Below are positions 8,878 to 20,100 of a stretch of 64,000 nt of DNA, piece by piece. This DNA comes from a virus (Duplodnaviria; Caudoviricetes), in the IMG/VR virus record IMGVR_UViG_2901201504_000001, positions 1 through 64,000 of that record. The stretch is one strand, 5' to 3'. The notes below the pieces were generated by a model. It was not told where the DNA came from, made no database searches, and saw only the letters and a program-made list of their open reading frames with translations. Made by a program: the position numbers and the translations under genes. Each line of letters starts with the position of its first letter. The first letter of the stretch is position 1.

Positions 8878-10701
8878 TTAAGCCAATATTTGCCCTCCAC
8901 CACTTATTACTTGTGGTGTGCTACCTGTTATCGCTACTGAACCCGATTTTCTAACAGTAGCCCCATAACAATCAATACCAACGTTGTTCCCAGAACCACT
9001 AACATTATTTAGGTTTACATTAGAAAGTATTGTCGCACTAATCCCGATATTGCAATTGCTAAATACACTATTGGTTAAATAAACATCTGAAAAGGTGGCG
9101 TATAACCCAGTGCTTCCTCCTGTTGTCTTTTTGATATTATCAAACTCGCATAAAGTACATCTACTTGCACTTAACATTCCAGTAAATGTAAAATTCCTTA
9201 CGCCAACTGATGAACAATTAGTGAAATAAATATTATTTACTGTAACAGAGGGATTTGATGTATTCCTTGAACTTAAATCAATTCGTGAACCAATGTGGTC
9301 ACTAATAGCTACACTTTCTGGATAAATACCATCTGTAACTTTAATATTCACAAATCCGACATTCAACTTTTTAATTCTGTCAACAGCGTATTGAATTGTT
9401 TTAACTGGGTTTGTAGAAGACCCATTATCTGGTGTATCTTGACCGTTTGTTCCATCTACGTATATATATATCGGTGATGTTGAATCGTTTATGTTTTTGT
9501 TGTCTATTAATTTCCTCCAAGGTAGCCACGTTCCTACAATTGTTCTTGTTCTATAGTAAAATTCTTCATCGGAAATCGATTGTGATGCTATTTGTTTTGC
9601 GCCCGATGTTTCTTTGTCGTTTGTCATGATAACAAACCATGGTCTACCATTTGAGGAATTATTTATAGGTAAATTAGTTGTATTCAAACTATCACATGAA
9701 TAAAATCCAGTTCTCGGTAAATCATTTAAGTCACCCGAATATTTAATGGAAAACTTACCATCCGATAACTCAAGTGTATTACCTAACTTCTTTTTTTCTT
9801 CAATAGTAAAGTGCTTGTTATTATCACTATTATGATTATCAAATTCTATTTGAGAAGGGGCAACGCCTTTCCATTCATTAGTATCATTCTTATATTTCAG
9901 TTTCTCATTACCATCCAACCAAAACTCACCTTTAGTTGGAGCTTCAACACCTACGTGAATAGACGGTTTACTATTTACTTCATTAATGGCATTGACGAGA
10001 TTTTCTTTATTGTCTGTTTCAAGTAATGCTTTATTTCCAATGCTGTTTTCAATAGGAGTTAAATCTACTTCTTTAGCATTAACTTCGTTAATAGCATTTA
10101 CTAAACTACTTTTATCTGTAGTAGTTAATTCACCCATGACACCCATATCATTTCTTATCTGACCAGCAGTTGCACCATCCATGTATTCAATGATATTTTC
10201 TTTTTTCTTTTCAATAGCTGTAAGAGCATCGTCTTTGTTTTGTGTAATTTGATTATTATAGTCTTGTAGCTTTGCATCGATGTTGTCTTTAAAGAATAAT
10301 TGCATATTTGATACAGATTGTTGTAGTGCATTTATGTCTTCAGCAAGAAAGAATTTATTTCTATGTTTAGTCATAAGAGCATTTAACTCGTTTTGTTCAT
10401 CAACAGATAAAGAAGGTTTCTTTTGTAATTCATTTATTCTATTAATATCTGCTTTATCTGTAACTTGAACATTAGCTCTGTACAAGAAACTGTCTATACT
10501 GTTAGGGAAATTACTTGACGTGTTTAATAAGCCCCAGAACTGTGTATCTCCGATTTGACTTGGGATTTGTGGCGTGTTGTGGTCTGTTAAACATACGTGA
10601 AAGGTAATAGGTGAAGATGTATTGGTTTGATATGAAACTACATCTTTTTTGACGTAGTTGTTTTTAGTAGCATCGTGTCTACCTCTAAAATTTAAATCCA
10701 T
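8878..10701 (-). CDS. Tail fibre / receptor-binding protein
   Basis: Two LxTxxKxxLVNAINEV repeats, knob-like DLNDL..TGFY..WLPW, and a C-terminal beta-helix (IYVDGTNG..PVKTIQYA). Confidence 0.8.
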   Translation of the reverse strand: MDLNFRGRHDATKNNYVKKDVVSYQTNTSSPITFHVCLTDHNTPQIPSQIGDTQFWGLLNTSSNFPNSIDSFLYRANVQVTDKADINRINELQKKPSLSVDEQNELNALMTKHRNKFFLAEDINALQQSVSNMQLFFKDNIDAKLQDYNNQITQNKDDALTAIEKKKENIIEYMDGATAGQIRNDMGVMGELTTTDKSSLVNAINEVNAKEVDLTPIENSIGNKALLETDNKENLVNAINEVNSKPSIHVGVEAPTKGEFWLDGNEKLKYKNDTNEWKGVAPSQIEFDNHNSDNNKHFTIEEKKKLGNTLELSDGKFSIKYSGDLNDLPRTGFYSCDSLNTTNLPINNSSNGRPWFVIMTNDKETSGAKQIASQSISDEEFYYRTRTIVGTWLPWRKLIDNKNINDSTSPIYIYVDGTNGQDTPDNGSSTNPVKTIQYAVDRIKKLNVGFVNIKVTDGIYPESVAISDHIGSRIDLSSRNTSNPSVTVNNIYFTNCSSVGVRNFTFTGMLSASRCTLCEFDNIKKTTGGSTGLYATFSDVYLTNSVFSNCNIGISATILSNVNLNNVSGSGNNVGIDCYGATVRKSGSVAITGSTPQVISGGGQILA

Positions 10702-10714
10702 GGAATTCTCCTTT

Positions 10715-11719
10715 CTAATTTGCTATAGCTTGTATTGTTAATTGGTTGCCAATTTGACAAATGGTTACGACAAATGACGTACCTGTAATTTCATCACTAG
10801 TCCAAACATCAATAATTCCATTAATTTTTTTCTTCAGAATGAATCTCTCTAATACAGCATCATAGAAGAAATAAATTGTTCCGTTTTCTCCTCTAAGTAG
10901 CAATAAAACTTCTTTACTAATTGGATTTTCTATCCATACTTTCAATGAGTGGTCTGCTGATATTGTAAATCCAGAATCGAAATACACTTTTGTTTCATCT
11001 GTAGTATCGATTTTTTCATTGTCTATAAATTGAGATCCGTCTGTTAAACCTATTATTTGTCTAATAAACCACGAAAGTTCAACTCCAGCATTTCCGATAT
11101 TCTTCCCCGAAAGGTCAATGTTCATTTTTGGCCTAAAATAAAAAACGTCAAACGGAATTAAACCACTTGTACCTGTTAAACCTTTGGTACTTGTAGCTTG
11201 AAATTCTATAAAATAGTGCTTTTCAGTTTGTAGATTAGTAAAGAATTGTTCTAGTGGAAGGGAAGTCTTGATATCTGACTTATTGAGTAGATTTTTCTTT
11301 TCATCAAATAGATAGACTATGTAGCTTCTTAATTGAACATTTTCATTTTGTTGATATGTTGCTGTGAAGTTATAGGAGAATGTGTTGACAGTTCCAATAG
11401 GAGATACAGTAACTACAGGGCGACTTGATGTTTGAAATACTTCAGCATCAGACGTTATAGATTCATCTGCTTGATTAAAGATTGTGATTCTAATTTTATA
11501 TTCGTTTCCGTTAATTAAAGTAGAAGGGGGGAGAGTATGCTTTAATGAGTAGGAATTAATCTTGTTAGAAGTCCAAAATAAGCTGTTATCAATATTCAAT
11601 AAAATATCTATTTTATATGCAGTTTGAATGTCTCCAGATACCTTCCATGAGACTTCATTGCTTTCATTAGCATCAATTGCAGTACCTTTCAGCGATATGT
11701 TATATGGCTTTTGTAAAAT
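10715..11719 (-). CDS. Baseplate/tail protein with FN3-like domains; probable ATT start
   Basis: Frame is open 120 nt upstream of the track start. Strong RBS AAGGAGGTG lies 7 nt before ATT at 11719 (ILQKPYNISLKG...). Confidence 0.65.
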   Translation of the reverse strand: MLQKPYNISLKGTAIDANESNEVSWKVSGDIQTAYKIDILLNIDNSLFWTSNKINSYSLKHTLPPSTLINGNEYKIRITIFNQADESITSDAEVFQTSSRPVVTVSPIGTVNTFSYNFTATYQQNENVQLRSYIVYLFDEKKNLLNKSDIKTSLPLEQFFTNLQTEKHYFIEFQATSTKGLTGTSGLIPFDVFYFRPKMNIDLSGKNIGNAGVELSWFIRQIIGLTDGSQFIDNEKIDTTDETKVYFDSGFTISADHSLKVWIENPISKEVLLLLRGENGTIYFFYDAVLERFILKKKINGIIDVWTSDEITGTSFVVTICQIGNQLTIQAIAN

Positions 11720-11733
11720 TTCAATACACCTCC

Positions 11734-12018
11734 TTAAATCGCTCTTTTTGAGATTACAAACTTATCTCTAGCATTTCCATTAATAAAAATAACCCAAACA
11801 TGATCCCCAATTTGGAAAGTCACATCAGGGTTACAAGATAGCGTTTGTGCTAAATCACTACCATCAACTTTTACTTTTAGCTTTGTATTAGAAATAATCT
11901 CTGTTACTTCGCCAAGATGCCATTGACCGTTCAGTAAACCAAACTTATCTAGAAGTTTAATAACTACTTTTTCAATATATTTATCAAATCGTTTTGCTCT
12001 TTCATTTTCTTGATTCAT
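11734..12018 (-). CDS. Small baseplate/tail protein (OB-fold-like)
   Basis: GEVTEI..KVKVDG..IGDHVWV pattern; in tail module. Confidence 0.55.
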   Translation of the reverse strand: MNQENERAKRFDKYIEKVVIKLLDKFGLLNGQWHLGEVTEIISNTKLKVKVDGSDLAQTLSCNPDVTFQIGDHVWVIFINGNARDKFVISKRAI

Positions 12019-12027
12019 AATAGCACC

Positions 12028-13197
12028 TCAAATAAAGTCCCAATTATCAATGACTTTGACTTGTTTTTGCATTTCCATTGTCATTAGTTGTGGAGATAGA
12101 GGAATGTTGGCTGAATTAATAATGTATTTTCCTTGCACATCATTTTCTTTATCATAAACTTCAATAATATCATCTGCATCTAGAAGGAAGTGAGGGGAGA
12201 TTGACATTGAAACGTTCTCTGTATACCCTAATTTTCTCATTAGTTCATACTTGGCTCTCCATTTACATTCCTCGTCACTGTCACCTAAAAGTGGATCTGG
12301 ATTACCATCATTGTGAAAATATGTATTCAATCCTATCTTTTGAATAGAGTATGGGTGATTAGTCCAAAGAGCATCTTTTTCATCAACAGTTAATCTGTAT
12401 CTTGAGGTAGCCGTATCACTTCTTCCACCTAAAACAATAATGTCATTATAAAGTTCTTGGTCATCCATTTTTCTAGTATTACCGGCATAAAAAGAATCAC
12501 CTAATTCAAATTTCCATACTGAAGGATACGAGTTAATTTCGTTTAAATCCAACTTTTTTAATCTTAGATAGCCATAGACATCATAATAAACTGAACATTT
12601 GGCAAGTTTGGCTAATTCCTGAATCGCATTCCATCTGTTATCTGTTCCTGAATAGGTGAGTTCATATGGAACTGTATCTTGAATATCGTCAAAATTAAAC
12701 AATGTCTCTCCAACATGTGAAGCAATGATACGAACAGCGTCAACAATCTTTGAGCCTTCTTCAATAATTTGTTCGTTAATAAATTTACCTCGCTTGTCAG
12801 TCAAAAAGAATGCTTTATCTACAGCATTAATATAAGAGAATTTACCATTGAGATTATGGTCATCAGAAGGTTCAGTAAGTACAAATATACCTTGTTGAAC
12901 ATATTCAGGCGTACCGTTTCTAAGTCTTAGGCCAGTAAATAACTTAATACGCTTATCAAGCCATATAAGATTATCTTGACCAAATAAGTAGTTACCATCT
13001 TTATTATTCAATTTAATGCTGAATGAACGCCTAATAGGATTAGAATTATTTACAGACAAATACCCGATATCATTAGATGTATCAGTTGTAATCTCTTTTA
13101 GATAGTTCATATTTGAATCATATATTTCCAGTCTTATTGATAATACTTTATGAGGCATTTTAAGCGCTTGTATAAAATCGGAGCTACTATTTAACAT
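12028..13197 (-). CDS. Baseplate hub / tail protein (DUF5048-like)
   Basis: Position after Dit-like gene; YYDVYGYLRL and LYNDIIVLG hub-like motifs. Confidence 0.65.
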   Translation of the reverse strand: MLNSSSDFIQALKMPHKVLSIRLEIYDSNMNYLKEITTDTSNDIGYLSVNNSNPIRRSFSIKLNNKDGNYLFGQDNLIWLDKRIKLFTGLRLRNGTPEYVQQGIFVLTEPSDDHNLNGKFSYINAVDKAFFLTDKRGKFINEQIIEEGSKIVDAVRIIASHVGETLFNFDDIQDTVPYELTYSGTDNRWNAIQELAKLAKCSVYYDVYGYLRLKKLDLNEINSYPSVWKFELGDSFYAGNTRKMDDQELYNDIIVLGGRSDTATSRYRLTVDEKDALWTNHPYSIQKIGLNTYFHNDGNPDPLLGDSDEECKWRAKYELMRKLGYTENVSMSISPHFLLDADDIIEVYDKENDVQGKYIINSANIPLSPQLMTMEMQKQVKVIDNWDFI

Positions 13198-13212
13198 ACT
13201 TAATCTCCTTTC

Positions 13213-14070
13213 TTATAAATTTATATAATCCTCATAATCCATAATTTCAGTAAAGTTAAGAGTTAATGTCATGTACTCTCGTCCATCGTAAATGTTCATT
13301 GGAACTTCTTTAGAAGGGGAGCTAACCTCCACAATATATACAGAGCCATCCCCACCTTTGACAAGATAGGGTTTATGAGAAAGAACAAATTGATTTTTAA
13401 TATCTTCATATTTTTTACCGATGTTTTCCCATTCTTCAGGAATGAATACAGCTTGCAATGAGAAAGTATGGTAGTTTTGATTGTTATAAAAGAATGAAGG
13501 GTATTTGGAAAAGGTGTCTATTTGCGTTCTACCTTGATTTAAGGTTGTATTAACAGAAGGCTCAGAACCAATAAATTTATCAAAGGAGAGTACTTCATTT
13601 GTATCTTTATCAACTAGGTGAAAGCCAGCAAAAGTAGAGTTTAAAGTTATGGAATTTTCCTGTCCCTCAAGTCCATTTTCACCAATTGGTACAATACTAT
13701 AAATAAAATCTCCACTTGGTTGAGTGAAATCTTGGTAGATAAATTGGTTGTTATTCACAAAGTCTTTATATCCAATTGTAATAGGATTAATTTCATTAAT
13801 TTTCTTACGCTTAATTGCAAATTTATCAATTCTAATTCCTTGATTGTTAACATTACCTGCTTCTAAATCATTCATGAATTTTGCTAAAAGGATAGTATCG
13901 ATTTGCCATAGTTCTTTATTAGGTGAAAGATCAATGTTATCCGTTTTTTCTCTAATATGTAGTTCATCATAAATAGCATTACTTAATTCAACATAATTAA
14001 TATTTCTGACAGGTGAAGTGTAAGTAGTGAATGTATCAGTTCCAAACGGTGTCACACCTATAATTGTCAT
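13213..14070 (-). CDS. Distal tail-like protein
   Basis: Directly downstream of tape measure; strong RBS. Confidence 0.6.
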   Translation of the reverse strand: MTIIGVTPFGTDTFTTYTSPVRNINYVELSNAIYDELHIREKTDNIDLSPNKELWQIDTILLAKFMNDLEAGNVNNQGIRIDKFAIKRKKINEINPITIGYKDFVNNNQFIYQDFTQPSGDFIYSIVPIGENGLEGQENSITLNSTFAGFHLVDKDTNEVLSFDKFIGSEPSVNTTLNQGRTQIDTFSKYPSFFYNNQNYHTFSLQAVFIPEEWENIGKKYEDIKNQFVLSHKPYLVKGGDGSVYIVEVSSPSKEVPMNIYDGREYMTLTLNFTEIMDYEDYINL

Positions 14071-14116
14071 TTACATTCCTCCTTAAAATAAAAGAAGAGA
14101 GGGTAGTACCCTCTCA

Positions 14117-17100
14117 TTATTTGGTACGATTATAATGTTCAAGACTCCCTAAGAATTCATCCATGTTATTAGCTTTCACAGTTACATCCTGGAAGTGATA
14201 ATGGTGTTGTACTGTTGCTGCTTGTGGTTGATTTCTAGGAATAATTGAATTAACCAAATTGCCGATATTAGTAAACAAATTAGGAATATTCTTAGAAGGG
14301 ATCATTAATTCTCCCAATTGACCTTTTACAATTTGTTCATTTGGTTTAGTATTGAACAGTTTATTAACTAATTCTTGAAGTGGGGAAGCAGGTACATCAC
14401 CAATTATTCCACCAGAATGTTTTGTTTCTACGTCCTTTACATTCAGTTTCTTGTACATTTCAACTAAACTATCAAGATATTTTTGAGACTCAGCTAATTG
14501 CTCAGGAGACATTTGAATACCGTTATTTAGTCGTTCTTCTAGAAGTGCTAATTCTTTGCTGTATTCTTCTTTAATGTCATCCTTACGATACTGCTTTTCT
14601 ATGTCAGCAATTTCTTTTTCTAAGTCAGCAACTTTACCTTTATCGTAAGTTAGAGTTTCATTACCATCTTTATCAATTATAGAGAAACGTTTATCCTTCT
14701 TAACCTTCTCTAATTCATCTTTCTTTTCCTTCAATGCTATGTTACGTTCTTCTTTGTCATTCTCTTCATCTAAATTACTAAGTCTATCTTTCTGATAGCC
14801 AATTTCATTTTGTAATAACTGTTGATTTAGAAGATTCCACTCGTAGCTACCAACTTCATATTGCTTCATTTGATTAATTAATTCTGTTCTAATCTTAGCT
14901 ATTTCTCCAGTATATTTAGCTTGTTGTTGTAATAGCTGATTATTTAATTCAATAAGCTTAGGGTCATCTGGATTATTTAACTTAGTTTCAGCAATAATAC
15001 GTTGGATATTTTGCTCATCTTCTTTAATCATGTGAAGACGTTTTTCACGAAGTTTTTGTTCGTATTCAAACATTTCACCAACAAGGCTTTTTCGTTCTTT
15101 TAGAGATTGAGCAATGATATCATCTTGACGCATGATTTCTTCACGATATTGATTTCTCATTTCCTCAGTCATATCAGTGGATTCAAGCTCACGAATTAAT
15201 TCTTCTTTAAGAGCACGAGCATTCTTTTCACGTTGTTCCGATAAGTCAGTGAGACTTTCAATTAAGAAGGACATATCTTCTTTAGATATTTCATTTTGTT
15301 TGTTTAGAATCTGCTCAGTTAAATCCTTGATATCTGAAGTATTGCTTGAGTTTTCAATTGCGTCTAATTGTTGCTGCAATCCCTTAATAGATGTCTGCTT
15401 ACCTTTACGAGTATTTTCGTAAATTGAACCATACTTATTATAAGGGTCATATTTACTAACAAATTTATCAGAATAAACAGTAGCTTTAGATGAACGTAAT
15501 TCATTTAATCTACTTTGTGCTGATTCATCAGCAGAAGGAATGTATGGGGCAGGGTTGTAGTCAGGATAATAATTTGAACTTGAACCATTGTAGTAATCAT
15601 TATAATCATAATAAGGTTCATTATAAGATGGCTCATAATAGTTATTAGAAGGTGGCGTATAGTCAGATGAATAATATGGAACGTCATATGAAGGTTGAAC
15701 CCAAGAACCATCACGCTTATCAATTAAATAACCTTGGTCATCTCGATAGTAATCATTTGAGTTATAACCATTTTGATTATCCATCATTTGATTATAAGCT
15801 TGTGGATCAGAACCTCTTAAATAGGCAGCCCAATATTCATTGTCCCACATCAATCTATCCCAATCCCAAGTACCGTTAGCGTATGCAGGAATATTTTTAA
15901 CAGTAGGGGAGGAATTAGACTTAAGAAGCATCTCAGTTTGCTTGTTAGGGATTACATGAGAACCTTTAGGTAAATCAACTAATTCAGCACCATTATCAGA
16001 AGAGACGAAAGTTTTACCGTTTGGTAATACAACTAGCTCTTTACCTTGCTCACTGATAAGCGCGAGGCCTCCGTTATGAGAATCAGTACCTTTTTGATAT
16101 GCAGGAACACCTCCAGCACGAGGAGATTTTGATGGTTTCCTATCAGGCACATAAGTTTTATCATTAGCTCTAGGTGATTTAGAAATCTTTTTACCACCGT
16201 TAGAATCAGAAGGAACATTAACATTATCGGCTTGATATTCAACGGCTAATAATGAATCAAGCTTACTTTTCGCTTCTTGAAGCTTTTGTTCAAGTACTTT
16301 AAGCACTCCATCCCATTGTTGAGAATAAGCTCCTGAGTAATTAGATAATCCTACTGCCATCGCTGCTTCAATGTCTTTGATGTGTTGTTCTAATTGTTGC
16401 TTTTCTTCTTTTTGAGATAGTTTCGCTTTATTCTTATCATTTTTATCAGCTTTAGCCTTAGCATCTGCAATTTTCTTATCTGATTCTTCAATCTGTTTTT
16501 GAATAGCTTCTTGGAATTGCTTTTCTGCTTCAACCAATGACATGCGATATTGTTCAGCTTGTTGTTTCATTTGCTCATGGAAAGCTTCAGCTTGTCTGAT
16601 TTGTTCACCGTATGATGATTCTCTGATATTTTGTATACGGATTTCTTCTGTTTCAATATCGGAAATCGGATCATTTATGAAACTTGCTAAATCAAGAGAA
16701 GAACCTTGTGGAATAGAGAAGGAGAAGTCTAAATCAGTACCAGAAAGAAGACCGCCATCTAGTAACTCCATATTGCTTCTAAGACGATTATTCAGTCTTT
16801 CAATTTCAGCATCAGCTAATCTTGCTTCATGAGTTAAGCTATCAAAGTTAACTTGTTCAAGTGCTTTAACGTATTCAATAGTAGACTTGTTGGTATCAAC
16901 TAATTCTTGCTTAAGTTGCTCCAATCTACTACGTAAAGCTTCAGCATCTTCTTCACTATAAACAGTTACATTTCTAAGTTGATTAAATTCAGCAATAATC
17001 TGATTAGCTTTATTCTTAGTTGCTAATAATGCTTCACCAAGTAATTCTTGTTTACGAGTAAATTGATCAGTTTCTAATAATTCAATACTATTATTAGCTT

Positions 17101-20100
17101 TATCGATAATTTTTTGGAAAGCATTAATATTTTTTTCTGTATCTCTGAGTAGCTTATCAAATTGTTTACTTGCTTCTTCATTAGCTTTGCTTTCAGCTTC
17201 TTCAATTTTACTCTTTGCTTCCTCAACATTGCTCAACATGTCTTGATAGTTCTGTTTAAGCTTCTGAACGTTAGAACGTCTTTGTTCAAGTAAACTATCT
17301 AATCTGTCATCAAAGATACCTGTGTCTCCACCTTTGACAGCAGTCTCAGTTCTAAGCTTAATCGTTTGTTGAATAGCAGTTTCAAGCTCCGCATTAACTT
17401 TAATTAGCTCATTATTCATCTCATCAAATAAACCAGACTTAACTTCAAGTCCAGCATCATCTGATAAAAGAGACATTTTATATTCAATAAACTCGATTTT
17501 TTGAACAGCATCATCAATAGATTTATCACTTACACGGAAAGTCCATTCAATTTTGGCATTGGCATTTTCTTTAAGACTGTTTGTGCTTTCACGATAAGCT
17601 TCTTTAAGTGCTGCTAGTTCTTTTTGTTTCTCTTTTAATGCTTCAGTCGTTAGCTTTTCTTTTTTAAGATATTCTTCTAATGCTTGAATTTGATAGAAAA
17701 GCTGAGTGTCTTTTTGATAGAGCAATTCATTTTGTCTTTCTAATTCAGCACGATACTCTTTACTTGTATCATTGTAATTAGAAAGATTATATTCAGATTC
17801 ACCTAGTAGAAAGTCAACCTTTTCAACACGTTCAGCATATTCAGCCATTGCAGAGTTAATGATATTTAGAGTTGTAGCATCACGTTTATCAGCAATCTCA
17901 TAACGCTCATTCATTAAATCGGTCAGTGTACCTTTTAACTCTTCACGTTTTTTAGCTGTAATTTCTTTAAGTGATAATAAGTATTTAACCTTTTTGATTT
18001 CAAGTTCATTTATTCTTTGTTGTTCATTTACAGATTTACGTTGCTCTTCAAGATTTTTCCGGTATTCTTTAGAAGAAGTATCTAAATGATACGTTCGATT
18101 CTCTAAATCTTGAACTTTATTCTTCTGAATATTTTTCTTGTACTCAAATTCATCAACATATGATTGAACAATTTGATCTTTAAGGTCTAGTATCTGTTGT
18201 TCGAGGTTAGATACATCTGAATTTAGTTCAAGTAATTCAGCTTTAGCTTGGTCAATAGCAGCTAATTGGTCAGCAACGGTTTTTTCTGAAGTAGGGTAGT
18301 TAATATCAGTTACTTTACTAACACCTGTATTAACTGTATTTTGTAGTTGTTTAAGATATTTAACAGCGTCAATAGGCTTGCCATTTGCTTCAATTTGTAA
18401 ATGAAGGTGAGCACCATAAGAATCTCCTGTATTACCAACTTTACCAAGTATTGTTCCAGCATCCACTCGTTGACCTTTTTTAACATCAGGTTTTTTAAGC
18501 ATATGCATGTACTTAGCAACTGTGCCATCATCTTGTTTTACTACAACCCAGTTACCGGCTGAATCAGACCATCCAGATACTAAAACTTTACCAGAGTTAA
18601 CAGCTTTTATTGGTGAGCCAGCTTTACCGTTTGCGAAATCAGTTCCTTGGTGTGGTTTAGAACGAAATGATTCTTTGTCGCCTAGATTAGAGGTGATTTT
18701 AAAATTATTGAAATAGTAATCTGCTACACTTTTAGCATTTGATGATTGACTTTGAGGAGAAGGAGTAGTCGATGCCTTACTTGCTTTATTACCATTACTG
18801 TAATTAGCACCTGTGTAATCTTTATAATAACTAAGTACTTTATTATAGTAATCCTTAGGCTCTTTCCATTCTCCAGACTTAGAGTTTAGCACCTTATTAA
18901 GATTACCCATGCCAGCATTGTATGCAATCAATGCCTTTTTAATATCTCCACCAGTTTTAGCAAGCATTTGAGCAATATACTTAGTTCCGCCCATGATGTT
19001 TTGTAATGGGTCAAATGAATTCTTTACACCTAAATACTTAGCTGTTCCAGGCATTAGTTGCATTAATCCTTTAGCGCCTGCTGAAGATACTGCTTTAGAA
19101 TTAAAACTTGACTCTTTTTTAATTATTGAAGCAATAAGAAAAGGATCGACACCGTAAGTATTTGCAGCTTTATTAATCTCTGCGTGATATTTACCTTTAT
19201 AAGCACCAGCAGGAGCTTTATCTTTTGATGAACCAGATGTAACAGAGTTAGATATATCAATTACACCAGTTTCTTTAATCTTGCCCGATTTAATTTGATT
19301 AGCCAGAGACTTAGCTTCATCTTGTGTAAGTTTCTTTTGTTTCTCAAGTAATTTGATTTCTTCTCGTAAAGCTTTACGGTAATTCTCAGAGTGTGATGCA
19401 AATTTAGCTTTGAGATTATTTTGTTTAGTAAGAGCTGCGTTGATTTCATCTAATTTGATTTTAAATGCATCTGCTACATAAATAGAATTTTTATAAGCTT
19501 CAATATTTTCTTCTGTAGCTTTTTTGTTGTCCTTTTTAGCCTTAGTGTTATCTTTTGTTGATTTTGTGTTTCCTTTAGTTGCACTAGTACCACGATTTGT
19601 AGAGTTAACAATGCCTTCAAGTTTAGACTTAAAACCTTTAAATTCAGGTATTTTAATTTTTGCTAATTCAGACTCTAAACTACCTATTTTATTTTGAGTT
19701 ATCATGTAGTTTTTCTCTGAACGTAAATCGTCACCGCCGTGTTCATTTTGAGCAGTTATTCTAGATAAATAAACATTTTGAGCTTCTTCCAAAGCTTTAA
19801 TTTCTTGCTTGATAATTTCAATACGAGCTTTAGCACCAAGGGCAGCATTAACAGTTTGTTGTTCCTGAGCGCTCAATTGACCTTCAGCAGATAGTTCAAC
19901 GGCTTGTAGAAGGAGATTATTAGCATCAAGTTCTTCTTGCATTGCTAGGATGTTAAGGTTCTTACCATCAATAAGGTGAGGGTAGGCTTCGGATAGAATA
20001 TTAGTGGCGTTAGTAAGCATTGTTTTCATGTTAGCTGATAAGTTTTCTTGTTCAGATAACATTTGGTAAACACCGATTTGTTCCTGCATTGCTGATATAT

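Noticed and set aside
8878-10701. Diversity-generating retroelement or invertible tail fibre
   Set aside because: No reverse transcriptase, template repeat or inverted fibre copies seen in the window.
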